Position numbers and translations under genes: made by a program
In this document: piece after piece, positions 50,501-61,898 of the stretch
Numbering within the stretch: position 1 is the first letter of the stretch
How the letters are laid out: each line of letters starts with the position of its first letter
The notes under the pieces: generated by a model
The model's database searches: none
What the model saw: the letters and a program-made list of their open reading frames with translations, nothing else
What the model was told of the DNA's origin: nothing
NCBI RefSeq assembly: GCF_030144855.1
Contig: NC_082731.1
Span: forward strand, 20,336,001 to 20,400,000
Reading direction: 5' to 3'
DNA: 64,000 nt
Origin: Hypanus sabinus
Lineage: Eukaryota

Positions 50501-51020
50501 ACCTATTTAACCTATCGAACCCATTGAACCCTCAGAGTTCAGGAATGATAGAAAACATAAACCGAAGATTACCTTTGCCAAAGTTTTTTTTACCTTTGTT
50601 TTATTACCATTCATCCTCACGAGAGTGCGAACAATCCAATCCGCACACTGGTTTTCAGCCGCTATGAGCTATCCACAGGAAGAAAAATCAGATTCCCTTA
50701 TGGGATAATTACGGATTGTGGTGAGCCCTGGGAGTTCAGGGATAGAGTGACACAGTATGTGAAAGACCTTTGCATGCGATTTAAAGTATTGAAGGATCCA
50801 GCCACACAACAGCAGCACCTTAGTGATCAGAGAGATCCATTGGTAAAGGAGGTAGTCCTCCCAAAACCGAGTGACTAAGTTCTGGTAAGGGTGTTGCTTG
50901 CAGGTGGATGCTCCCAGATGGATCGGTAAACAGATGGTACTTTCAAAAAGTGACACGTGTTTATGTGGAGACTTCACGAATCAGCCAGTGGAAAGAATGG
51001 ATTCAGGTTATACTGTGAGA
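47508..51020 (+). pseudogene. ERV pol relic behind V9, interrupted by Tc1
   Basis: LVDTRA; TILGVD (ORF 47601); LLDAL-LPAQVTVIKV at ~48145-48190; DAPRWIG (ORF 50898). Confidence 0.6.
48977..50468 (-). mobile_element. Tc1/mariner DNA transposon, degraded (~1.5 kb)
   Basis: TIRs cagtggcattcaaacgtttgggcacccc / gcggtgcccaaacatttgcatgcctctg; inserted at a host TA (left copy now TG). Transposase remnant TDE..VWRK..KHGGG.IMLW..G.G..VEG.M...Y..IL (ORF 49360-49767). Confidence 0.93.
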
Positions 51021-52583
51021 CTTTCTTGTTGCCACCACAGGCAAAGTCGGGGATGGAGTGCAGCTAGTAACCGTGTAATTATAGAGAATCCAGGAGATAG
51101 TCACCAGCCAGCCAAACTAGAACTGACCAAAATTGCTGGAAAGAGATCCACAGCAAACCCGAAAGTAGAGGGCACCGAGATTGTGCCAGAAAACAGTGAA
51201 TAACATTCTAAAGTGTGACGTTAAAAGTATTCTGTTCTGACCGTTGATTACCGAAGCATATACATGTTTGCTTGCAAAGCAGAAAATATAAAATATTTTG
51301 CAGAGAATGGATTTGCAGGGATTTAGTTGAAATCAGACATATCCATAACTGCGATAGCATGGTAGAATGAGGAATATTGCCGACCGAATCTGAAGGCAGT
51401 TACACTCAGCCTGAATGGGGAATAGAAGTGGGCTGGCCCCGTTCGTCAGTTTCGGCCAGCGATAGACAGGAGTGCAACCAGTGAGAGGTCCTTTCAGTAA
51501 CTGAAATGCAGACCAGCCCAACACCTTATTGTATATCGCTAAGAGGGCCTGTGAGCCTGATGAGAGTATTAGCTGCCAGAGAATGGGGGAATTGACTACG
51601 CTTCAATCGGTCAGCAAAGGAAGAGCGAACAGCCATACGCATGAAGTTGCATTTCTAAAGACTGTTGTTCACATTTCAGGACATACTCTCTGCTTAGCAT
51701 TTTGAAGGTAGCAGTTAGGTATGATAGGGTAGATGTACATGCGCCTACAGAAATTATGGGAAATTCCGACGGAAGGTATTTTTGCTGCCTAGTATGAGTA
51801 GATCTTCCTTAAGATTGGCCTTTCCTGTTAGATAATTATTTTTGTCCGGGGTGCCAAGAGGAGGGAATGTTCGAGATTTTTTTAGATCAGCTCATGTGGC
51901 GATAAATGTAACTGACTTCGGCAAGTAAACTTCATAGTCGACTATGCATTTTAGATTATTTTAAAATGTAGCTCTGAACAATGGTTTCCTTCATGCTGCA
52001 TATCACGGACCAGACAATGTTTATTAAAATGCATTTCGATGACTGTGGTATGGGTGCGAACCCTGAGGTGTGAGGTTTGTGTGTACTTTCAAAAAAGCAT
52101 TGTAGGTGCATTATAAATATGGATTTGTCCTTTGACATTTAGTCCATAACATATGATGTAGCATGGGCAGCGAGACCTTTCAACTGATAGGGCCTTAATG
52201 CAGTATATTGCCCGCTGTATTTTGTTGTTTTTTTTCAAAAAAATTCACCCTGAGTAGAATATGCTCTTGTTTTCAGGTGCGTCGTTTGCTCAACACACTA
52301 CTAATGGACTCAACTACCACTCCGCCTTCCGCTGCGATTGCTCTTTCCGCGAATCCTTTTCATTTATTTTCAGTCTCAGTGGAGTGCACTCCGTTTGCCG
52401 GCCGTTAGACATGCGGAGATAAATGTGACTGAATTGCGGTTTGCGAGTGGGCAGAGTAGAGAGTAAAATCCAGGGATACGTGTGGGCAAAGAATATGGTG
52501 GGGAAATGGAGGATAAAGTGAGCGAATGGGAATGATGCAGTGTTAAAATGAATAAATGAGGGAGACGTAAGAGCACTGAAAAA

Positions 52584-52608
52584 GTGAGAGAGAGCGAGAG
52601 AGAGAGAG

Positions 52609-52655
<47 letters not shown>
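52584..52655. repeat. (AG)n microsatellite at a duplication junction
   Basis: Read directly from the sequence. Confidence 0.9.
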
Positions 52656-52659
<4 letters not shown>

Positions 52660-54925
52660 ATGTGTGAAGAGGAGGGAAAGTTTGGGAGAATTTTAGATCC
52701 AGCACATGAGGCAATTAAAATAACTGACTTCGGCGTCTGGCCGTCAGAGTCGAATATGCATTTTAGATGATTTTAACAAATGGTTCCTTAATGCCGCAGA
52801 TAACGGAGCAGACAATGCTTATTAAAATGCATTTAGATATCTGTGGTATGGCTGCGAATCGTGAGGTGTGATGTTTGTGTGTGGTTCCAACGAAAGTATT
52901 GTGGATGCATTGTAAATTGTATTGCCCTTTGATAGTAAATAATATGAGGTAGCTTGGGCAGCGAGACAATTCAAACGAAAAAGGTCTTCATACAGTATAT
53001 TGCCTGTTGTGTCTTGTTTTTTTTTTCAAAAAACAACCTCACCCTGAGTATAGAGTAATCGGCTGTCGGTTTTAGGTGCTTCGTTTGCTTCGTCCTCACC
53101 TAAGGGACTTCAATCCCCAACCACTCCCGCCCGCATTCCTCAGGGATTGCTCTTTCCACGATTCCTTTTCATTAGTCCTCACCACTAATCTTCAAGAAAG
53201 CATTTACTCTTCTAAGTGGCTTGATAGCTACACCTGCCACACGACCATTGAGAGCCGAATACGTTTTCATATTTTCTGCCTTAGTGGCGTGTCCGTTTGC
53301 CGGACGGAAGCCATGCGAAGAGAAATGCGTCTGAATTCCGGTTTGCGACTTGGCAGAGGAGGGAGTAAAATTCAGGGAAATGTGTGGGGAACAAATATGG
53401 TGCGAAAATGGAGGGAGAAAGAGGGTGATTGGGAATGATGGAGTGAGAAGGCGAATAAATGAAGGAGACGTAAGTGCACTGAAATTGTGTGTGTGTGTGT
53501 GAGAGAGAAATGGTGATCGATAGAGCAGTAAGTAGAGCGAGAGGCAGGGGAAGACAGAAAAAAACTGGGAAGGGGAGAATTAGAGGAAGAAGAATGTAAG
53601 AAAGGAATGAGGTCCAGCCACCGCAATGTAGTGTTTATCACGAAGCTGTTTACAGTTCTGGGCATCAGATCTCGGTGTTCCGTTCCTGCGCATCTATAAA
53701 GGGCCGGATGATCTCCCTTGGGAAAGTGCGGAAATTCTGCGGGATCTCCGGTCTCCGCTCACAGTCCAACGATGTACTGATAAGTATGTTAATGACTCGT
53801 TGTAGTTCAATCTGTGATTAGGTTAGCGTCTTGGATCTCTGGATATGAAACTTGGTGCCCGATGGGAGCATTCCGTGATCCACTGTTCAGTAAATAAGTA
53901 AAACAAAAGTTGAAAGTGTGGGACTAAAAAAGCATGTGTGAGAGAGGAAGACGGAGTGAGCGAGAGAAAGGGAAAGGGAAAAACGGAACAGGAGGGAAGG
54001 AAGGATATATCGGGGGAGGGGTTGCTTAAGAAAACAATTGAGTAGTATGAAAATAAAGCGGGAAAGTTGAACTATGAGGCAGGAACGATACAGAGGATAG
54101 TAACGGTTGTGCAGCTGATGGACCGATCGATTTAGGGACACGGGAGGGAATGAAAAAGGGAAGGTTAGAGATGAATATGGTGTGAGGCGTTCAGAGAGAG
54201 ATGGATAGAGTGAATGAGAAACAGAGAGAGAGTTAGAGAAAGAGGATAAATAAGACTCAATATTAGCCCGAAAAATTCCTGATGTGAATTTACCTGCAGA
54301 GAGGTATATAGAGAAAGATCAAGGATTGAGAATAGATATGCGGAATAAATGCCGGAGGGTCATCGAGAGATATTGAGAACATGTCATAATGAATGAGGGA
54401 TCGAAAGTTCGAGAGATAAATAGTTACATAGGTAGAGAAGGAGAGTGTGTGTGTGTGTGAGAGAGAGATGTTCAGTGGAACAGATAGAAAGAATAAGGGG
54501 GAAGCATATGGTAAGAATATAGAGCTTATAAAAATAGCGTGCTATAGATAAGCTCAGGTAGTTCTAAGTTCAGCATAGTTTTGTGGGCAGAAGGGCCTGT
54601 ATTGTGCTGTAAGTTTTCTATTTTTCAATGTTTCTATTTAGTGAGATTGCAAATAAGAGAAAGGAGAAGAAACTTTGAGAGGAAGTAATACGAGATAGAA
54701 AGAGGCCCAAGTGCAAGCAGATACAGTGAAGAGAAAAGAAACAAAATGTGATTGGTTTCCGCACAGGTTTAATTCGGCGCGCACAGCCAATCAATGCATC
54801 GGCAGGGCTGCGCCCCCACATGTATGCAAGCTGAAATATGCCTCAAGTCTGATTTTACCCTTCATTGTCAATCAAGGGTATTAACTTATTGGACTGCTAG
54901 TAAGCTGTCTTTCGATCCGGACACC

Positions 54926-55358
54926 ATGAATTTCCTGTCTTTTCTGCTGATGATATTGGCGATGATGCCCGGTGAGTCTTCGCGGTAACGGCCTGTACCT
55001 GTTCCTTATGTCCGGAGAAAGCTCGATCTGTTCATGCATTCTGTCATTTTATTACAGGAGCAATTGGGAAAGATTCTGTGACGCAGTGGCCGACTGATTT
55101 AACAATTGCGGAAGAACAAAATGTAACACTGAACTGTAATTACACAGCAGATGCTAACTATATTTTATGGTACGTTCAGCATCGAGTGGAATCTCCAAAA
55201 TACTTGCTAAAGGTATATTACTCCGGAAAGATGGAGCGGCATGCGGAATGTCCGGAAAGATTTACCGGTGGATTGCAGAGTGGTAGCAAAATGGCACATT
55301 TGAGGATCTCTGGTGCTTTTGTGTCGGACTCCGCCGTGTATCTTTGTGCCATGAGTCC
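54926..55358 (+). CDS. TRAV/TRDV: TCR V segment V10, leader 54926-54971, V exon 55058-55358
   Basis: Leader MNFLSFLLMILAMMP; intact V exon related to V9; 23-RSS. Confidence 0.92.
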
Positions 55359-55397
55359 CACAGTGTTGCTGGGTGATGACAGCTCCAGACAAAATCC
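55359..55397 (+). other. 23-RSS of V10
   Basis: cacagtg + 23 nt + acaaaatcc. Confidence 0.95.
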
Positions 55398-55615
55398 GCC
55401 GTCGGTGATGCAGCGAGCGCTCGCTAGATGGCGCCCTTTGCCGGTAAAGTGGCAGGAGCGAAGCAACAACTTCCCCCCCCACGATCACGTGATCGACTTA
55501 TGATTTCGAAAATTATTCGTAAAAATATGCAGATTTGATTAAATATCCTTCAACGGAATGTGTACATATTTGTACAAATTGAAACGTTATAAAGCATTTC
55601 TCAATCACATGCGAT

Positions 55616-55764
55616 TTGTTAGTTGACACAGGGGCAAAGTTATCGATAACTGATCTGCATTTGCCAACAGCTGGACAGAATATTTATATTACGGGTGTAG
55701 TAGAAATAGCGGTCAAATTAGAAAGAAGCGAATTGCAGATAGTCGAAATAGAAGAGCAACTTTC
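55616..55764 (+). pseudogene. ERV protease N-terminus behind V10, cut by CR1
   Basis: ORF MLVDTGAKLSITDLHLPTAGQNIYITG; equivalent LVDT(W/G)A motifs at 38228 and 41712. Confidence 0.65.
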
Positions 55765-58700
55765 CCTTACTTTACACAAGTCAATATCCTTCTCCTGAGT
55801 GAATACCATTGAAAATAAATTGTTCAACATCTCCCCCATCTCTTTTGACTCCACACGTAGCTGTCCAGTTTGATTCGCTAAGGGACCAATTTTATCCATC
55901 ACCATCCATTTGCTATTAATATAACCGCAGAAACCCTTTGGATTTATTTTCACCTTACTTGCCAAAGCAACCACATATCTTTTTTAGCATTTCTAATTTT
56001 TATCTTAAGATTAATTTTACTTTCTTTATATTCCTCAAGAACCTCATTTACTCCATGCTGCCTACATTTATTGTTGATCTCTCTCTCTCTTTTCCGAACC
56101 AAGTTTCCAATATCCATTGAAAACCATGGCTCTCTCAAACATTTAACCTTTCCTTTCAAACTAACAGGATCATAAAGATTCTGCACCCACAAAAATTCAC
56201 CTTCACATGACCTTCATTTCTCTTTTTTCTCGGAACTTTTTTAAAAATTAAAGTTCATCATCAAACAAACATTTCCATAAGATGTATTTCTGACATTGTA
56301 CATATATATCATATAATCATATATGTTACATATCTCCACAATGTATTTATCTGCGGTATGCACTTATAGAAAAGAGTGGGAAAAAACAAGCAAAAGGAAA
56401 GAACTATGTACAAATAGGGAGTGTTTTTTTTTACAACATATTCATTGATTTGTGAGAATAAAATCAGGCCAATGAGGCATTATGTAGTCAAACCATTTTT
56501 ACCAGTAGGAATCAAATTATTCCAACTTATAATTAACAGATGCTGCTATCTTCTCCATTTTGTAAATGTCCATAGTAATTTCCATCTATGCATTTAAAGT
56601 TGCCCTCTCCTGTGATAACCATTTCCTTGTAAGAGTCTTTTTACCAGCCACCAACAGTATATTCATTAAATATTTATCTCTTTTCAACCATTTTTGAGGT
56701 ATATATCCAAAATATATGGTCTTAGTCTCTAAGGGTATTTCACATTTAAAGATGTTTTGCAGAGCATTGTGTACCACCCTCCATAGTTTTTGATAACAGG
56801 GCAGTCCCAAAAAATATGATAATGATTTGCATTTTGATTTCCACAATTTCTCCGGCAAACGGGAAGGTTACTATCATACAATAATTTCTGAGAGGGTGTA
56901 ATAAAATATCTTATCAAGTTTTTTCCATACAACCACCCTCCATTTCTGTGAACTGGTACACTTCCATTGATACCTCCATATTACTGCCCATACTTCCTCA
57001 GATATAATTATCCCTCCTTCCTTCTCCCATTTTGTTTTAATGTATGAAGTCGAATGTGTTTTAAGATTTAACCACCCCTTATACATGCTTGAAATGTTTC
57101 TACTACCGTTATCTGAATTACATGTTTTTCTAAATAAATCTATCAAGCGTGCACTTGCCTTGGTTACATTTTTAAGCGTCTTATTAACATATCGTCGCAT
57201 GTGCAAAACCGATAAAAATCTTGTTTTTCTAATAAGCGTTGCTCTTTAAGCATTTCAAAACTGAACAGTGTTCCTTCTTTCATTATGTGACAAATAACTA
57301 TTATTCCTTTAGCTGTCCAGTCCTTAAATCTGGCATCCAATTTATTTGGTGTAAAATCCGAGTCATATGCACACCATTTAAGAATTGCAATATCTCCCTC
57401 TAGATTATATTCTTTTATAGTAATTTTCTATATTTTAAGAGTCAATTTCACCAATGGGTTGTCAATAGTATTTATGTACCTTCGCAGGTTGTTATCAGTC
57501 AAAATTGTTTTTATGGGGATGGGAGGTACCCGCTCCACAATGTTTTTTTTTCATTGAGCGTCATATGATGGGTTGCACCAACATATCACAGCTCTCAACT
57601 GTGGTGCAAAATAATAATCTCTGAGAGAACGTAGGTTCCATCCCTCCTTTTCCTTTGCTAATTGCAAAGTTTTGAGACGAACTCTAGGCCTTTTACCCTG
57701 CCAAATATACCTTGATAGCATCTTTTTCTATTTATTGGATTGATTTTGATTAATCTCTGTTGGTAGGGTCTGAAAGATATATAACAGTCTGGGCAGTATG
57801 TTCATTTTAATAGACTCAATCCTCGAACTGAGACTGAAAAAAGGAATCAGGTTCCATCTTGCCATGTCTTCCTTAATTTTTTATATAAAGGCTCATAATT
57901 ACATTATCGCCTCACTTGCACGCGTTCGGGTAGGAGAGCAGCTCGCTGCACTCCTTTCGGCCGCAGGCGCCGCAGTGTTGATTTTTTATTTACATTCTTT
58001 TTCCCTATTTTTGCCCCTCTTTCAGTTCAAACACTTCGAAAAATACTATATTTGATGGGTTTATGGTGCTTAATACATATTTTTCCGGAGCAGCTATTGA
58101 CGTAAGCTGCCATTGTCGACGATAACGTCACCGGGACCCTCCAGTTCTCTATTACATCCTTCCCAAAAAACAAATTTTCCCAATCCACTCCTTCTAAATC
58201 CTTTCGCATCTCCTCAAAGTTAGCCTTTGTCGAATCAAAAATATCAACCCTGGAGCCTGTCCTATCCTTCTCCATAATTATATTGAAACTAATGGTATTG
58301 TGATCACTCGAACCGAATTGGTCCTCAACACATACCTCTGTCACCTGACCTATCTCAGTCCCTAACAGGAGATCCAATACTGCCCCTTCTCTAGTTGATA
58401 ACTCTATGTATTGCTGCAAAACATTATCCTGTACACATTTTAAAAACTAGAAACCATCCTGCCCTTTTACAGAATGGCCTCCCAGTCTATGTGTGGAAAA
58501 ATAAAATCTCCCACAATCACAACCTTGTGCTTACTACAAATATGTGCTACCTCCTTAAAAATTTGCTCCTCCGGTTCTCGCTCCCGATTAGGTGGGTTAT
58601 AATACACCCCTATAAGTGTTACTACACCTTTCCGGTTCCTCAATTCCACTCAAATAGACTCCCCAGACGATCCCACTAATCAATCCTGCCACAGCATTGC

Positions 58701-60040
58701 TGTAATATTTTCTCGGACAAGCAATTCAACATCTCCTCCTCTTGCCTCTCCGATTCTATCATATCTGAATCAAAGAAATCCAGGAATATTTAGTTGCCAA
58801 TCACACCCCTCCACCAAACATGTTTCACTAATAGCTACAACATCATATTTCGAGGTATCAATCCATGCTCTAAGCTCATCCACCTTTCTTACAATGCTCC
58901 TAGCATTAAAATAGATGCATTTAAGAAACTCCCCATCTCTTCCTCTCTGTTTATCCCAAACGGTGCAAATAACTTTATTATCTTTTTCTTCTCCCCTACA
59001 TCTTCGGTCTGTGCGCACCGTTCTCTATCACCTGCCTATCCTCCATCACACACTGTCTACTAGCTTTCTTTATTTGTGAACTGACCTTCTCTCCCATAGT
59101 TTCTTCAAATTGATTCCAACCCCCTAACCATTCTAGTTTAAAGTCTCCCCAGTACTCTTAGCAAATCTCCCCGCTAGGATATTGGGTCCCCTCGGATTTC
59201 AGTGTAACACGTCCTTTTTGAACATGTCACACCTTCCCCAAAAGATGTCCTAATGATCCAGAAACTTGAATCCTTGCCTCCTGCTCCAATTCCTCAGCCA
59301 CGCATTTATTGCCCACCTCATTTCATTCCTACTGTCACTGTCGCGTGGCACAGGCAGTAATCCCGAGATTACTACATTTGTGGTTCTTCTTCTCAATTGC
59401 CTTCCTAACTCCCTGTATTCTCCTTTCAGGAACTCTTTCCTTTTCCTACCTATGTCTTTGGTACCTATATGTACCACGACCTCTGGCTCCTCACCCTTCC
59501 ACTTCAGAATATCTTGGACGCCATCAGAAACATCCCGGACCCTGGCACCTGGGAGGCAATCTACAATCAGGGTCTCCTGATTGTGTCTGCAGAATCGCCT
59601 ATCTGACCCCAGAACTATCGATTTCCCTATCACTACTGCTTTCCACTTCCTTTTCCTAACGTTCGGAGCTACAGGGCCGGACTCTGTGCCGGAGGGACGG
59701 CCACTGTTGCTTCCCCCAGGTAGGCTGTCCCCCCAAATGTACTCAAACAGGAGTAATTATTGTCCAGGTCTACAGCCACTGGGGTACTCTGTCGTACCTG
59801 ACTCGTCCCTTTCCCCACCTAACCGTGACCCATCTGTCTGCTTTCCGTGACCCTGGTGTGACAACCTGACTGTAACTCCTCGCGATCAACTCCTTACTCT
59901 CCCTGACCAGACAAAGGTAATCGGTCACTTAGGAACTGCAGCTCGGCGCACCTGGTGCAGATGTGAATGTCCGGGAGGCTAGGAGACTCCAGGACCTCCC
60001 ACATTGGACACAGAGAACAACAAGCTGCCCTCACACTCAT
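55765..60040 (-). mobile_element. CR1 LINE, 5' two-thirds (ORF1 SGNH esterase, APE endonuclease, tether), RT lost; split by L1
   Basis: ORF1 IVDCLPGARVRDV..VVVHIGTKDIG..VVISGLLPVP; APE CIYFNARSI.RK.DEL..YDVVAISET; LDLLLG..DHN.ISF; KVK.NPK.F..YIN..FS.VFTQE. A probable 5' UTR lies at ~60540-60760. Confidence 0.9.
56223..58134 (-). mobile_element. Internally deleted L1-clade LINE nested in CR1
   Basis: Poly-T at 56223. ORF2 C-terminus (KMNILPRLLY.FQ.LP; CRRNCG..NA.HYHIFWDCP zinc knuckle) is joined directly to a 5' UTR-like segment 57890-58134. Degenerate TSD gaccttcatttctc / gaccctccagttctc. Confidence 0.82.
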
Positions 60041-60525
60041 AGAACACAACAATTACTACAAATACTATATTGTCACCAAAAATTGATACTAGAGCGTACA
60101 ATCATCACAGTGATAGTTGTTTCTGCGCTTCGCGCTCCCTGAAGTACAAATCGAAGTAAAAATTAAAAAAAATATATAAATCATAATTAGAAAATAGAAA
60201 AGGGAAAGTATGGTAGTGCAAGTCAAGTCCAGATATTTGGAAGTTACCGCCCAGATCCGGGTCAGGACCTATTCATCAGTCTTATCACAGTTGGAAAGAA
60301 GCTGTTCCCAAATCTGGCCGTAGGTATCTTCATGCTCCTGAACCTTCTCCCGGAGGAAAGTGGGACAGAAAGTGTGTTGGCTGGTTGGGATTTATCCTTG
60401 ATTATCCTGGCAGCACTGCTCCGACAGCATGTGTTGGAAAGTGAGTCCAAGGATGGAAGATTAGTTTGTGTGATGTGCTGGGCTAGGTTCACGATCTTCT
60501 GCAGCTTCTTCCGTTCTTCCCCCTT
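60040..60525 (-). mobile_element. Rex1/Babar-like LINE 3' fragment
   Basis: A..II.D..QP.N.L..PL.SGRRFRS....ARF.NSFFPTVIRLMN is a typical C-terminal motif of this group. Confidence 0.6.
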
Positions 60526-60902
60526 TCCTCAAATAACAGGAAAAACTGAAACCTAAACCTACCTTACATTGCCCGTTTCTGCCTTAGCCCGTTAAGTCGT
60601 AGTCCTGAAGCCTGCTCTCTGTTCCCGGCTCACTCCGCTCCCGCAAACGACGTTGCCTGCTGTATAAGGCTATGACCTTTTTAAATCTTCCCCGCTTCAC
60701 TGCCCGACGTCACACGCCTGCGCAGTCCCGCCTCTCTTAACTCCGATGAGAAGAAGTAAAATGAAAATGACTCTCCCGTTCTGATCTCCAACTTCCTTTG
60801 ACTTTGCTGCTTCCCCTGGAAAGAGAGAGGTTAAGCTACCGGAGAATGGAGGAATGAAGACAAGGAGATGACTATGCTCTAATCCGTCAGCAAATACGTA
60901 GA

Positions 60903-61544
60903 TGTTATCCCCTCTGTCGCCTCAGGCTCGCTCAGCTCGTTCTAGTCTAGGGATAGCAGCCCACGGCCCCGCCAAACTGGGTAATCAGCTTGTGTGGATG
61001 CTTTGTAATGTCCCCACCTCACAAAAAAACAGTCAGTACACCATATGCGATTAAATGAGTACAATTTATAAAGGTTACTAGAACTAATTGATTAATAACG
61101 ATACAGGATATATGAAGGAAAAAAAATAAAAAAAAGGCGCCAAACTTATCAAATTACAAACCATTTCGTGCACAACCGTTGAAGCTCAATTACTGAAGTC
61201 TTCTGGCCACCATTCCATCCCCTCCGAACTCCTCGACCTGAAGCTCAAGACCACCCGAAGTGGTTAACCAAGCACATCCATCTTCGTCTCCTCTCCTCAG
61301 AAGGGGGTATCTTCTGGCCTCCGCTTGGGTTCCGTTGTTCGCCCAGCTTACAGCATCACGACCTCTCTCTCTCACCCCCTCGCGCCGATCTCCCCAAAAT
61401 CCCGCCAACAATAGCTTACAGACTCAGAAGAAAGAACAACATTAATCCCAATTGGTTAACAAAGGAATACAATTCTCGTATTCTGTAAATTTTAACCCAA
61501 ACATACGCAGTAACAAAGAAAAATACCCCCCCCCCCCTTTTACA
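60903..61544. mobile_element. Probable solo LTR (~640 bp)
   Basis: TG...CA termini (tgttatcc...ttttaca), imperfect 4-bp TSD taga/tagg; it interrupts a sequence that is continuous in other units. Confidence 0.6.
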
Positions 61545-61639
61545 TAGGCAACAGGCATAAGCATGAAACTACATTTCTAAAGACTGTGGTTCACATTTCT
61601 GGACAAACTCTCAGCTTAGCATTTTAAAGGTCGCTATTG

Positions 61640-61898
61640 GGGGGGGGGTGTGGTGTTTAAACTAAATTTGCAGAGGGTTGGAAAACAGAGTGCCAGAGTA
61701 GATAGTGGAGCGGGTGCGAAAGTAAATGATGTTAAAGTTTGATGTAAAGTCACAAACAGAAGAGTTGTGAGGTTGTGAGTGGTGGCAATAATCTTCTACG
61801 GTGTATCTATTTCAATGCGAGGGGTTTTGTGGGGAAGGCTGACGAGCTGAGGGCGTGGATTGACACGTGAAATTATGACATTGGAGCCATTAGTGAGA
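61640..61898 (+). mobile_element. Small CR1 fragment (start of APE domain)
   Basis: Y(L)YFNA..GKADELRAWIDT.NYDI.AISE, same motif as 58770-59018. Confidence 0.7.
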
